Source: Leucoraja erinacea (lineage: Eukaryota). From it: a stretch of DNA of 64,000 bases. The notes under the pieces were generated by a model. The model made no database searches and was not told the origin of the DNA. It worked only from the letters and a program-made list of their open reading frames with translations. Positions within the stretch are counted from its first letter, which is position 1. The number at the start of each line of letters is the position of its first letter. Positions 49,940-63,131 of this stretch are shown piece after piece. The position numbers were made by a program, and so were the translations under genes. The stretch lies in contig NC_073408.1 in assembly GCF_028641065.1 (NCBI RefSeq), positions 5,022,001-5,086,000 of the forward strand, given 5' to 3'.

Positions 49940-51200
49940 GTATTCAGGCAGAGTAATTGAACTGTTATGTAAGGGCAATCCTGCCTGACCAATTTATTCA
50001 CATTCTGCAAAGAAGCAACGTGTGCATTGGATAAAGGTGAACCAGTGAATATTCTATATTTAGATTTCCAGAGGCACTTGAAACGACTGCATCAAAGGTT
50101 ACTGTGGAAAATATAAGCACATGGTACAGGAGTTAAGCATATTGTCGTGGATGGAAGATTGGCTGACACAGGAAACCGATGGAAGGCATAAATGGATATT
50201 TTCCTGGTTGGCAAATGTAATAGTTGTTGGGCCACAAGAATCAATGCTGTGATCCCGACTTCTGTAACGTTTGTAAATGAGGGGGATCAATGGTTCAAAT
50301 GTTCTCGAGTGTCACATATGCACAGCACAGAGAAAGTCTTTTTGCACAACCCACAAATGCACAGTCGCTATATTTTGGCGCCGTTTACAAAGAAAAAGTA
50401 CAAAGTACACATGTTAGAAGTGCTGGTATCCAGGTGAGCCCCAGGTTGCTGCAGGCCTGCGACCTGACATCCCTCTCCTCGCCCGACCACCTCTGTGTCC
50501 TAGGTACGCCTCCTGCAGCACTGGAGGCAATACCGTAGTCCCTCTGATACTCCATACATGTGACAATCATAAACTTGTAGGTTACAGAGGATATAGGTAC
50601 GTTAAGTGGATGTACAAAGTATTGGCAAAAGAAGAATAACAGGAAAATATTAAATTATTCGTATTGGGGAAAAAAAAAGTTTGCATCTAAATATTAAGAC
50701 ATTTCCGAGCTGATATGCAGAGGTGGCTGAGTCCACGTTTCATGAAAGGCTAGCATGCAAACTGCAAGTAACTAGAAAATCTAATGGAATGTTATTGTTT
50801 ATTGCAAGGGGAATTGAAGGCAAAGGTAGGATGATACAGTATCCGTTACATAGAACATTGGTGAACCTGCAACTGGAATATGTATAGAGTTGGTCTCTTT
50901 TTTTTAAATGTACATGAATGCATTGGAAGGAGATTGAGTAGACTGATACCTTATGAGGATAGGTTGGACAGACTAAACCCGTATCTATTGGAGTTTAGAC
51001 CAATGATAGCTCTAGATAGGATGAAGAGGATGAGAGAATCTAGACCAAGGAGGAACTTTAAAAATAATGGGTAGCTCGTTTAAGGCAGGGCTGAAACTGA
51101 GGATTTAAATTTCTCTTCCTCAAAGGACAGTGAAGATAGTCTTTCAATATTTTTAAGGCCGTGTTAGATTCTTGAGTTAGATAAGCAAAGGGGAGCTATC
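49940..51200 (+). mobile_element. old CR1-type LINE remnant with insertions
   Basis: SCLTNL, LDFQ, W..DWL and YEDRLDRL-type remnants. Confidence 0.65.
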
Positions 51201-54200
51201 TAACCAGGCATGGGGAATTGGATATGTGTAGGAAGGAACTGCAGATGCTGGTTTATACTGAAGATAGACACAAAATGATGGAGTAACTCAGCTGGTCAGG
51301 CAGCTTCTCTGGGGAAAAGGAATAGGTGATGTTTCAGGTTGGAACCCTTCTTCAGACTGAAAGATAGAGGTGGAGGAGGGGCGGGGTCTTTTCTCACCCC
51401 CAGTTTTCTACAGCCCATCCCTCTCCCCCAATTCATCTTTCAGTCTGAAGAAGGGTTCTGACCTGAAATGTCACCTATTCCTTTACTCCAGAGATACTGC
51501 CTGACCTGTTGAGTTGCTCCAGTACTTTGTCTTTCATGGGGAATTGGAATTGAAGTAAACATGGTCTTATTGAATGACAAGGCAGGCTTGAATAATTGGA
51601 AGGTTAACATCTTTTAATTCAAATGTTTGTATTTATGTGATTCCGGTGGTATTAGAATGTGGACAATTAGATTGATATGGATGGGTTGCATTACATCTCC
51701 CAGTACAGCAACTTAGAGATTTTCCATCATGTATATTTTTAATGACAATTTCAGCTTGAACTCAGTCATATTTAAAAGAAAAACTAATTGAGGATATAGT
51801 TCCCAAAACGATGATGTGCAGAAAAATGCACATTGTGGACATCAAAGAGTAAAATCTAGTCTCCAAAGAAAGTAAGTTATTGTGATTCTTATTATTGGAG
51901 ACTGGAATGATATAAACATATTTGCTTGCACAATGGCATTAGTTTATCTTAGAGATACAGCGCGAAAACAGGCCCTTCGGCCCACCAAGTCTGTGCCGAC
52001 TAGCAATCCTCGCACATTATCCTACACACGCACACTAGGGGCAATTTACCATTTTACCAAGCCAATTAACCGTACCTGTACGTCTTTGGAGTGTGGGAGA
52101 AAACCGGAGCATCCGGAGAAAACCAATGCAGGTCACAGGGAGAGTTTGCAAACTCCATACAGACAGCACCCATAGTCAGGATCGAACCCAGGTCGCTGTA
52201 AGGCAGCAACTCTACCGCTACGCCACCATGCCTCCCCTGTAAGTAAGTAAGGAAAGTAATTTAACGTGCCTTTAAAGTACCTTGGTTAAACGCATTTTTA
52301 ATGTTAATTATAAGTTATTTACAATCATTATAGTTCCCATTGCTATCCATGGTTTGTATTTAAATCTAGGATGCATGTGAAGATTGTAAGGATTATTGTG
52401 GATTAGAAAGCTGTCTTTCTGACCTGTTCCAAATGCAACTAACACTCAAATGTAGCACGGTTATATTGGGGCAAACTAGATAGCTGTCAAAATCAAAGAA
52501 AGCTTGGTATAACAAAGCACTCAATTTGTAAAATAAAATATCAGTGACCTAACTTTTTAAATCAAAACATTGTGCATGAAACTATCCCACTTTTGGTGGC
52601 ATTGCTGGAGGGAATATGAACTTCACATCAGCAGGGCAGTTTAGTACAAAGACGTTTAACACAATTTAATAGTTCTCTTTCACATTGCTTAGTTTTATTT
52701 TTCACAGCAGATTGCAGATGCAATTTCTCTGACCACAAGGAACTTTAGTTTAGTTTAAAGTGACAGCGTGGAAACAGGCCCTCCAGCCCACCAATCCGTG
52801 CCGACCAGCGATCCCCACACTTTAACACTATCCTACACACACTAGGAACAAGTATTTTACATTTATACCAAGCCAATTAATCTACAAACCTGAGTGTCTT
52901 TGGAATGTGGGAGGAAACTGAACATCTCGGAGAAAACCATACGCAGGTCACAGGGAAAACGTACAAACTCTGTACAGATAAGCACCATGGTCAAGGATCC
53001 AACCTGGGTCTTCAGACTGATCGTAGTAGGTGAGGAAACTGGAAGAGAGGAAGGGGTGGGACAAAACGTGGCAAGTGATGGGTGGATGCAGGTGAGGGTG
53101 ATTTGATAGACAAATAGGTGGTCAAAGCAGATAAGGATTGAAGAGGTGTGGAATGTGAAGCCTGAGGAAGAAATATAGGTGAAAGGAGATGGGGGGGGGG
53201 AGGGGAAGAAATGTGTGCGCATCCAGGTATGCAGATATAGACATATGCTATTCATGTACAGGAAAGTGTGCTGTACCGAAAAGAAGTTCACTTAGGAATG
53301 TCAGTTCTCTGATCAATAATTAACGTTGATCAATATCAATATCTGATCAATAATTAACATTAATCGATATCAATATCTGATCAATAATTAAATATTGATC
53401 ACCATTTCAATACGAGCCGAGTGGAGCAAGTGGTCCTGCAAGCCACAGCCACACCCCAACAGCAGGCCTGCTGCACCTGCCGGGAACCAGCAGAAGGAGC
53501 TACCGAGCCCGGCCCCTGCTCACTCCCGGAGAGGAGGTGGAGGGTAGTTGGCAACAATGGCATATGCTGGACAAGGGTCAGTGAGGAGAACCTGGGGTAT
53601 TACCTACCGCGCCTGAGATGTCGGTGGCAGGAGGTGCCCCTCCAGGGCACGAAGGTTGAACAGTGACCGGGCAAGGAGAACAAGGGGAAGGACAACGGTT
53701 CGCAGGACAATCTGATAGTGGCAATGGGTTTAATGGGCCTTTATGGCCAGCTGCAGCTCTGACTATGATAATGGTGCCAAAACCTGGCGACTCTAGCATA
53801 TGGACTCAATGGTTCTTCCCATGCATTCTGTACTTAACCGTGGATTGTACTTGCATATGACAATAATGTTACTGATCTGTGTGTAAAAAAAGAATCTCAC
53901 CGTACCTTGGGTGGCACGGTGGCGCAACATTAGAGTTGTTGCCTTACAGCGCTTGTAGCGCTAGAGACCCGGGTTCGATCCCGAATACGGGTGCTGTCTG
54001 TACAGAGTTTGTATGTTCTCCCAGTGACTGCATGAGTTTTCTCAGAGATCTTCGGCTACTTCCCACACTCCAAAAATGTATGGATTGTAAGTTAATTGGC
54101 TTGGTATAAATGTAATTTGTCCCTAGTGTGCGTAGGATTGTGTTAATGTGCAGGGATCGCTGGTCGGTGCGGACTTGGTCGGCCGAAGGGCCGTTTCCGC

Positions 54201-56439
54201 GGTATCACTAAAACTAAAATGTGCTAATAAGGCAACCACTGATAACGGGCTGAGGCACATTATAAGTTAAAGGTTAAAGTCTCAATTAAGGATCTGTGAC
54301 ATTTCTTTAACGAAAAGTGATGTTTGCTAGACATTGAATTGTGGTTTTTAGTATGTTGCCTCGATGTTGTGGTAGGCCGATGTCAGCAGATTAAAAGTGC
54401 ATGATTACCTATGTATAAGGTTGCAGACTTGATTTTACAGATTTACTCTAATATCTTTTATAATGACTGTATTAAAAGATTAGTCGTTAATCCTTCCATC
54501 GTTCCCTAATTGGACATCCGTCATTCACAATTCCCCCAACTGCAACTTGTTAACTTTAATAAACTTCATAACTTTTGTGACATCTTAACGTTATGCGCAG
54601 CCCAATGGAGTAATGAGCCTGATTTTGTAATTATATAGAACATAGAACAGTATAGCACAGGAATAGGCTCTTTGGCCCTCAATATCCATGCTGAAATTAA
54701 ACTAATCTCTGCCTGCACATGTTCCTTGTCTATCCATTCCCTGCATATCCATGTGCTTATCTAAACGCCTCTTAAATACCCGTATTGGATCTGCCTCTAC
54801 CACCACCCCTGGCAGTACGTTGGCCCTAAAGGCCTGTTTCCACTCTGAAAACCTCTATGACTCTACAGGCCAAGATCTAGTCATAGATAAGAAAATAGAA
54901 TTTGAGGAGTTAAGTGAAAAAGACTATACTTGCCAACAAGGCAGCATTTGAATTTCAAGGAACTGGTGAGATTTGAAGTTAGTAGAAAATGGAGAAAATT
55001 ACTCAACTGCAGATGCTGGGATATTAAACAAAATGCAAAGTGCTTGAGGAACTCCATGGGTCACACAGCAAATGTGGAGGGAATGGACAGGAGCCTTCTA
55101 GTATTTCTGGGGATCAGATGCTGTGGTGATGGAGAAATTGGAGAAACAGCATATCTGATAAACACACTGTACCAAGATTGGGTTGCATTGGTTTAAATGG
55201 ACGATAGTTCCCAGCATAAGACATAGTGCTGGAGGAACTCAGCGAATCAACCTTTAATGGTTAGAATTAATTAATTATGTTCAGAATACAGACCATTGTC
55301 TGACCATTGCTTCAGTTTAGGATTTTGAGATCCTTGATCAATACCAAAGATACTAGAGGAGCTAAAGGAGCTCCTTTAGTATCTTTGCTCAATAATACAG
55401 GTACTCTGATTTGGTTAAAAATGGATTTCACAAAATTAACCATCAGTTTGATCATCCTGGTGCTTCGAGTGGGGAATCAACTTCAGCTGACCTCTCTATT
55501 TTATTCTTCTCCCTACTCAACAGAAAACAACTGGTATTATTTATAATTTCAGAGAAATTTCTTGCACAAATTAGCTGCTGTATTTCCTGTGATTAGACTT
55601 AAATGACAATTAGCTACAAAGTGCTTTTCCTTTCCTCTACCGGGATCTCCAGTACATGGTTGAAAGCTTCAGATGCTATTTTCTATTTTGTTTCTAATAT
55701 ATCTTACAACATTGCCAAAGTCTATCTCGTAGCTTTCATTTTATAAACTACTTGAAACTATATGGACTGTGAAACGTATCCAAAAAGATGACATTCCCAA
55801 GCAGCTTGCATTATATATTTCAGCTGCATTTGAAAACCAGACACACTTGGAGGGTCTGCTTTGTGGTCAGTCTCCAAGAGATAAACGATCTGTTTATTAC
55901 TATAAACATTGGACATGAGGGTAAGTGAGAGTTGATGATGGATTTATCCATTGCCCCATCGTTACCCCCATCATTTGGAATGTATCGTGAGGTTGCCCCT
56001 AGCTAAACCCTTCACAATCTTGAAAATCAAAAGATGCTGAAAATTTGAAATAGAAACAAGTAACAGTGGAAACACTCATCAGGGCAGGCAGCATTTGTGA
56101 CTCGAGAATCCATGATCCTTTATCTGAACTGGAAGAGTGGGTAAAATGTAAAATAACACGATCTATTTAATTAGAGTATTGTGTTGAGTTTTGGGCGCTA
56201 TGTTCTAGGAAAGATGTTTTCAAGCTGGAAAGAAGTTTGCGAGGATGTCACGTGTACCGAGGTACAGGGAAAAAGTTTTGTTGCTTGCTAGCCAGTCTAT
56301 GTAAGATTGTACTTTATTATGACCCTGTGCCAGTTTTCTTTGGTGGGTGGGCAATGGAATTAGGAGCCTTAATTTCCTCGGCGTTAATTTCTCGGATGAG
56401 CTGTCCTGGCTCCAGACATGTAATCATGAGGAAGGCATG

Positions 56440-57325
56440 ACGATGCCTCTACTTTCTCCGAGGTTTAGCGATTCAGCATGTCACTAAGATGCTCATCAAC
56501 CTCTACAGTTGCCCAGTAGATAATCATGATTTTGTGGCATCACGGCAGTTCCAATATGAAGGAACGTAAGAGGCTGCAGAGAACGGCTGAGTCCAGCACG
56601 GGCACAAGTTCCCACCCACCATCAAAAGCATCTACATGAGGGGCTGTCTCAAGAAGATGGCATGTATCACCAAGGACCTCCACCATCAGTTTATTTATTC
56701 ATGTGTGTACATATTTATATTATGGGATATGGACACACTGATCTGTTTTGTAGTAAATGCCTACTATGTTCTGTGTGCTGAAGAAAAGCACGAATTTCAT
56801 TGTCCTATCAGGAACACATGACAATAAACTCACTTGACTTGACTTGACATCCGGTCTCTTCTCACTGCCACCATCGGGGAGGAGGTTCAGAAGTCCCATT
56901 CCTCCAAGTTCAGGCAAAGCTACTTTCCTGCAGCGACCAGGATCTTTAACTAACATTCAGGTGACGCGGAGAAGGCAGGAAAACGGGGTTCAGAGGGAAT
57001 GATAAATCAGCCATGATTGAATGGCAGAGTAGACTTAATGGGTCGAAGGGCCTAATTTAGCTCATGTGACTTATGAACTTATGAACCCTAATGCTATCTC
57101 TGCAATGGAACACTGAAGACCACCTCTTTCTTTGTAATAGACAGATTTTCTAATTCTGCTTTTAATTTTTGTGCAATTTTATTTTCGCAGTCTTGTACAA
57201 TTTATGTGTCATTTGTTTTGTGTGTTGTCTGAGTCTCTGCCTGTGGTGCTGCTGTAAGCAAGATTTTCATTGTACCTTTACCGCACCGTACTTGTGCATA
57301 TGACAGTAAACTTGAGTTGACTTGT
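56440..57325 (+). mobile_element. Rex1-like LINE 3' remnant with nested repeats
   Basis: ERKRLQR..., CITKDLHH..., LFSLPPSGRR; CTTGA-type tails. Confidence 0.6.
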
Positions 57326-59827
57326 ATCTAGAGTTTACACAACTTTAACCCTTACTCTAAATCTGAAAAAACAATCAGCCCTATGCCCAAGCTGCCAAAG
57401 GTTGCCCTGAACCTTCCTAGTTTTAATCCATAATTCATACATGTGACAATATGATTGATACATACTCTCCCATTGATCTCTGGTCATCTTGTTGGTCTGC
57501 TGGTCTGTTGGTAAAATGGTTCCAGAGAGGTTTTGATGCTAATAGTTTAAGTGGGCATATCATGGTATCCTACTGTTATTTGTGTAACGGGTATGTTGGT
57601 GATATCGCCACTTTGCGAGGGGTAGCTTGTGTTTGTTGAACAAATACTCCGACGTTTTCATTCAGCTAACAGCTTTTTTAGTTTAGTTTAGAGATACAGC
57701 ACGGGAACAGGCCCTTCGGTAAACCGAGTCGGCACCGACCAGCGATCCCTGTACACTAGCACTATCCTACACACGAGGGACAATTTACAATCTTTTTCAA
57801 AGCCAATTAACCTGCAAACCTGTACGTCTTTGGAATGTGGGAAGAAACCGGAGCACCCGGAGAAAACCCATGCAGTCACAGGGAGAACGTACAAACTCCG
57901 TAGTCGGGATCAAACGCGGGTCTCTGGCGCTGTAAGGCAGCAACTCTACCACTGTGCCACTGCCACCACAAAAATGCTGTAAGAAAAATTCAGCACAGAC
58001 TGGGTTTCCCACTGCATCCTAGTGGAAACATTTTGGTCAATAATGGTTTGCCATGAACTGTAGGTATAAGACAACAAATGTCTCTTTTTATTTTGTCTCA
58101 AATATTCGACAGATGTAAATTTAATGAGACTTGAATTCTGATTGCTCTGCACTGAAAGGTTGACACACAATACCGTGGTAAGATTTGCTTATTACTTGAT
58201 GAGGAAAGAGATTTAGGAGAGCAATTTCTGTTTATATAAAAAAACAGGTAAATTCGTAAGTGTGCGTCAGATCAGATGCTTTAACGAGAACCTGCAGTGT
58301 GGAGTAGATTAGGTGTTTGTGTCCAGACTCCTGACACATTTCCGGCTATTCAGAGGCCCAACTAATCAAAGGTTGCATGTGTAATCTATTACAGTCGAGT
58401 GAATTCACACATTTTGTAAAAGTACCCATTAACAATGGAATGGCATTTCAAATTAAACCAGGAAGCATGTACAATCTGGCAATTATTTCTTAAAGAATAA
58501 AACGTCCACACTGAGAACTCTGGGTTCCTCATAATATCTTGGATGAATTATGCCTTTCCTTTATTATTGTTGCAATGGGAGAAAGGCATTCCAGGCACAG
58601 CTAAATGGAGCCTGGAATAGCTAAATATTGTTCTAGGTTTACTGTTGTCGTTTGAACTTCACTTCCAAACATGCTAATAGTGTGGTGTGGAATGGTTTAA
58701 TTAGTGGAGTATAGAAGAGGTCGATGCTGAAATGATATAACATTTTCAGTAGAATATAAAGATTTTTCCCCAATCCAATACATTTGAAAATGTATTTAAT
58801 ACAATCATTCATAAATGTAAAATTAGTTTTTAGGGCAAAGGTTTGTTAAGCTGCATTTATAGCTGGTACTCCATTAATTCCACCTGCTGATCAATACCTA
58901 TTCTTGTAACTTTTATATAATCTCCTTGGATTATCACAAACCGTACATTATTTATAATATTACAGTGCAATACAGTGTTTCTTCTGTCACCTGCAGGCTT
59001 TGAAAAGGTGCTATGTACACACAAGACCCAGTATGGCCATTTTGCATAAACATGTAGTGTTTAATGCAAATATTTTCCATCCATAATTGCATATCATCGT
59101 GTAGGATTCCCACCAATGTGTGCTGGTTAATAAGTTAAGTCATAGGAGCAGAATTAGACCATTCGGCCCATCAAGTCTACTCCACCATTCAATCATGGCT
59201 GATCTATCTTTCCCTCTCAACCCCATTCTCCTGCCTTCTCCCCATAACCTTTGACACCCTTTCTAATCAAGAAATAGTTAATGGTATTTAGTCAGGTTAT
59301 GTATGTTAATTAATGCACAGGCTAAACGATATAACCTCCAGCACCATACTGATTCAAAAATAAATTATGTTTTTGCAAAATTTATTATTTGAAGAACTTC
59401 TGGATCAAATACAAATCTGTAACTTTCTAGAGCGGCTAAGTGTAATGCTAGACTGTGCAAATCTAAGTTTAGCTGCAATTCATATTTTTAGGAAGAGCTG
59501 GATAAAATCGTGATCCTCAGAAGCCTCATTGGTGACTTTGATCAACATAATTGAAAGCGAAATTTTACATCGTCTGAATAGACTGGTTATTTAATTATAA
59601 TGAATGACTATATGAGAATGATATTATGCAGAGTACAGGGTTTTATAAATGATTCATAGCGTACCAAAGGCAGGTTGCCATATTTAAACGTTATAAAACA
59701 CTCATTCAAAATCATTTTAAGTATTAACTCAATTTCCAAACACAGTCCTACAGAAGGATTTGAAAGGCTATTGATGGTTGTGATCTCATCAACTCTGGCG
59801 AATTCCCCTCCACAGCCTCTAATCTTA

Positions 59828-61590
59828 GCCCCCGCACTGCCGGCTTCTACCAACATCCACAAACAGGATTGTCCTGGCAGACCCATTGTTTCTGCCTGCT
59901 CCTGCTCCACAGAACTCATCACCATCAGTCTGAAGGAGGGTTTCGGCCCGAAACGTTGCCTATTTCCTTCACTCCATAGATGCTGCTGCATTTTTGTGTA
60001 CCTCCACATACCTTGATTCCTTCCTATCCCTCTTGACCAGTACCTTCTGAGATATCACACCTGCCCTTCAACCCCTTCGATAGCTTACAATTTCCAGACC
60101 CCCATGCCTCACCATGGATGTCTGGTTCATTTACATCTTCAACCCCCCGCCAGGAAAGTCTCAAGGCCCTCCGGTTCTTCCTTGACCCAGTCGATTTCCC
60201 CAACTATGCCTGCTTTTTGTGTAAGAAAGAACTGCAGATGCTGGTTTAAATCGAAGGTAGACACAAAATGCTGGAGTAACTCAGGGGGACTGGCAGCATC
60301 TCTGGAAAGAAACAATGGATGACGTTTCGGGTCAAGACCCTTCTTTCAGACCGAAGAAGAATCTCGACACGAAACGTCACCCATTGCTTCTCTCCAGAGG
60401 TGCTGCCGGTCCCGCTGAGTTACTCCAGCATTTTGTGTCCATCTTCAATTTTCTTGGCCCCGCTCTGGGAGTAGAAGTGGGGATGGATCCGGACCGCAAC
60501 GGCTGTGAGCCCCAGGCCAAGTTCGGCGATCGTTTGCCTGCTTCTGCTGCTGTTGAAGGCGAGACCAAAGATACTAGCTCCTCTAGGATCTTTGGGTGAG
60601 ACGTTGCGTCGTGCCAGGGTCTTGGGCTTGTCCTACTTTGGCCGTCAGTTCCGCGACAGGCCGTTGATACGCAAAGATTTTGGTCACAACAAATATTTCG
60701 GAGCCCCGCGCGATGTCGCGCACAACTCCATACTCCTCCGTGCTTCTCAGTGGGACAGGCCCCGCGCGGCCATACGATGCCCATGCACTTCAACGCGACC
60801 ACGAGGTCGCGTAATTTGCGTGCCAAGGACACGCAAGTGGGACAGGCCCTTTATTGTCTCCGACTACATTCCATCTCTGTCCCACCCACTCTCCTGACAT
60901 CAGTCTGAAAAAGGGCCTCGACCCAAAACGTCACCCATTCCTTCTCTCTAGAGATGCTACCTGTCCCGCTGAGTTACTCCAGCATTTTGTGTCTACCTTC
61001 GATTTAAGTCGGCATCTGCAGTTCTTTCCTACACATTTCTCCCCTTTCTTGATCTCTCTTTCTCCATCACAGGAGACAGACTATCGACTCACTGACTCCC
61101 ACTACACCTCCTCTCACCCTGCCTCTTGCAAAGACTATTCCCTAATCTTAATTTCTCGGTCTCTGCTACATCTGCTCATAAGATGATGCTTTCCATTCTA
61201 TGACATCCGAGATGTCCTCTTTCTTCAGTAAATGTAGATTTGCCCCTGTTACATAGACATAGAAAATAGGTGTAGGAGTGGATCCTTTGATCATCCAAAA
61301 TCAATGCTCCATTCCTGCTTTCTCCCCATATCCCTTGATTCCATTAGCCCTAAGCTAACGGAATCGAGATGAATCCCTCACCCGTGTCTCGTGATTCTCC
61401 TCTCCCCAACGGAACAAGGATGGAGTTGTTCTGGTCCTCGCCTTTCACCCCACCAGCCTCCACGATCAACACACAAAATTCTCCAATATTTCCATCACCT
61501 CTGACATGATCCCACCACCGGTCACATCTTCCCATCCCCACCCCTTTCTGCTTTGCCCGGAGACCACTCGTTCCGCAACTCCTTAGTTTA
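59828..61590 (+). mobile_element. fragmented Penelope-like retroelement RT, interrupted by fold-back repeats and MITEs
   Basis: IHKQDCPGRPIVSACSCSTELI (PLE RT N-terminal motif) and TDSH-YTSSHPASCKD (thumb-like) remnants. Confidence 0.75.
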
Positions 61591-61825
61591 CTCAAGGATC
61601 GAATTCCGGGTCTCTGGCACTGTAAGGCAGCAACTCCACCATTGTGCTACAGTGCTGTGTAGTTGGGTGATTGGCCTGAACTGATTCTCTACAAGAGGAG
61701 TCTCATCAGCCCCAATCTTTCTTTGCCAAATGGCCTTGTTTTTGGAGTTTTGTTAATGACTTTTACCAGCTAGAATTTTGAAACATTGTCAATAGGAATA
61801 ATATTAGATGTTCATTCTTTCTTAG

Positions 61826-61891
61826 TTTATCAAGTATGGGCGCAAAGGGTAGCAACTGACACTCCAAATCTCGTGGTGAATGAGTTTGACA
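61826..61891 (+). CDS. JAM3: JAM3-like exon 2 (VYQVWAQRVATDTPNLVVNEFD-S)
   Basis: 66 nt, phase 1/1, ttcttag|...a|gtaagt; VVxEF-S ending as in JAM3 exon 2. Confidence 0.85.
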
Positions 61892-62011
61892 GTAAGTGGA
61901 TGCTTTTTTCCCCTCGCTGTTAAGTGTATTTTCAGCATTTGCATAGAGCCTGTCTCCATCCTGCTGCCTTCTATTCCTGCTCCTTTGTATTTTTGTTGGG
62001 GTATTCCGCCA

Positions 62012-62775
62012 TGTCATTAAAACCTCCTTCTTTCATCTCCGCAACATCGCCCAACTCAGACCCTCTCTCACACCTCCCGCTGCTGAAAGACTCATCCATG
62101 CCTTCATCTCCTCCCGACTGGACTACTGCAACTCACTTCTCCTTGGCATCAGCTCTACCTACATCAACCGACTCCAACTGGTCCAGAAAGCAGCCGCCCG
62201 ACTCATCACCCACACCAAATCCTGGCATCACATCACTCCAGTCCGCAAACAACTACACTGGCTTCCCATCTCCCACCGGATCAACTACAAAATCCTGATC
62301 CTCACCTACAAAGCCCTCCACCATCTGGCCCCCCCATATCTCACTGACCTCCTCTCCCCCTACCAACCCTCACGGTCCCTCAGATCCACATCAGCCGGTC
62401 TCCTCTCCATCCACAAGTCCAACCTCCGCAGTTTTAGGGACAGAGCCTTCTCCAGGGCAGCTCCCAGGCTCTGGAACTCCCTCCCCCAACTGATCCGCAA
62501 TTCCGTGTCCCTCACCATCTTCCAGTCCCGCCTCAAGACCCATCTCTTTACCTCTGCCTATCCTTAGCCCCACGTCCCCCTCCCTTTTCATCTGTGATTG
62601 CCTCATATTGTGTTTTGTATTGAATTCTGTCTTTACTTTGTGTACTAGTCATGTCTCTACTATTTATTTCATTCCCCTTACATGTTTTTCCTCTAGCTGC
62701 TAAATTTTTGTAAGGTGTTCTTGAGACTCTTGAAAGGCGCCCATAAATAAAATTTATTATTATTATTATTATTAT
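62012..62775 (+). mobile_element. L2-clade LINE 3' fragment, little decayed
   Basis: open frame HAFISSRLDYCNSLL...HITPV..QLHWLP...APRLWNSLP...KTHLF*; AATAAA and (TTA)n tail. Confidence 0.88.
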
Positions 62776-63026
62776 TCCTGCATTTCTTTCAAAAAAATTT
62801 GAATATTTGTCTCGAAATAGCCTAATGTTACAATTTGTTCTGAAATAATGTTCTTGGTAGGTTGTAGTACCTGCCATTAGATTTATTTAGTGTATTAGAA
62901 TTTTTTACAATAAGTTGCTTTATGTGAGAGGTATTAACTGAACCAGCTTGCCCACAACTCTTTGTACACAAATGCATTTGAAAAAGAATTTCAATTAAAT
63001 CTAACGCTGAGATAATTTTCTTTCAG

Positions 63027-63131
63027 GTGTTGTGCTATCCTGCATTATCCACTCCAGTCATAAGCATCGTATTGAATGGAAGAAATTAAATGCTGTCACA
63101 GATTTTGTATATTTTGATAAACAAATTCAAG
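63027..63131 (+). CDS. JAM3: JAM3-like exon 3, Ig V domain start (SVVLSCIIHSSHKHRIEWKKLNAVTDFVYFDKQIQ-G); gene continues past the window
   Basis: LSCII, RIEWKK (JAM-C-type RIE dimer motif), FDxxIQG; tttcag|...g|gtgtg. Confidence 0.88.

Noticed and set aside
53910-53990. tRNA-like sequence with A/B boxes
   Set aside because: It is the head of a V-SINE, followed by the SINE core and tail; not a tRNA gene
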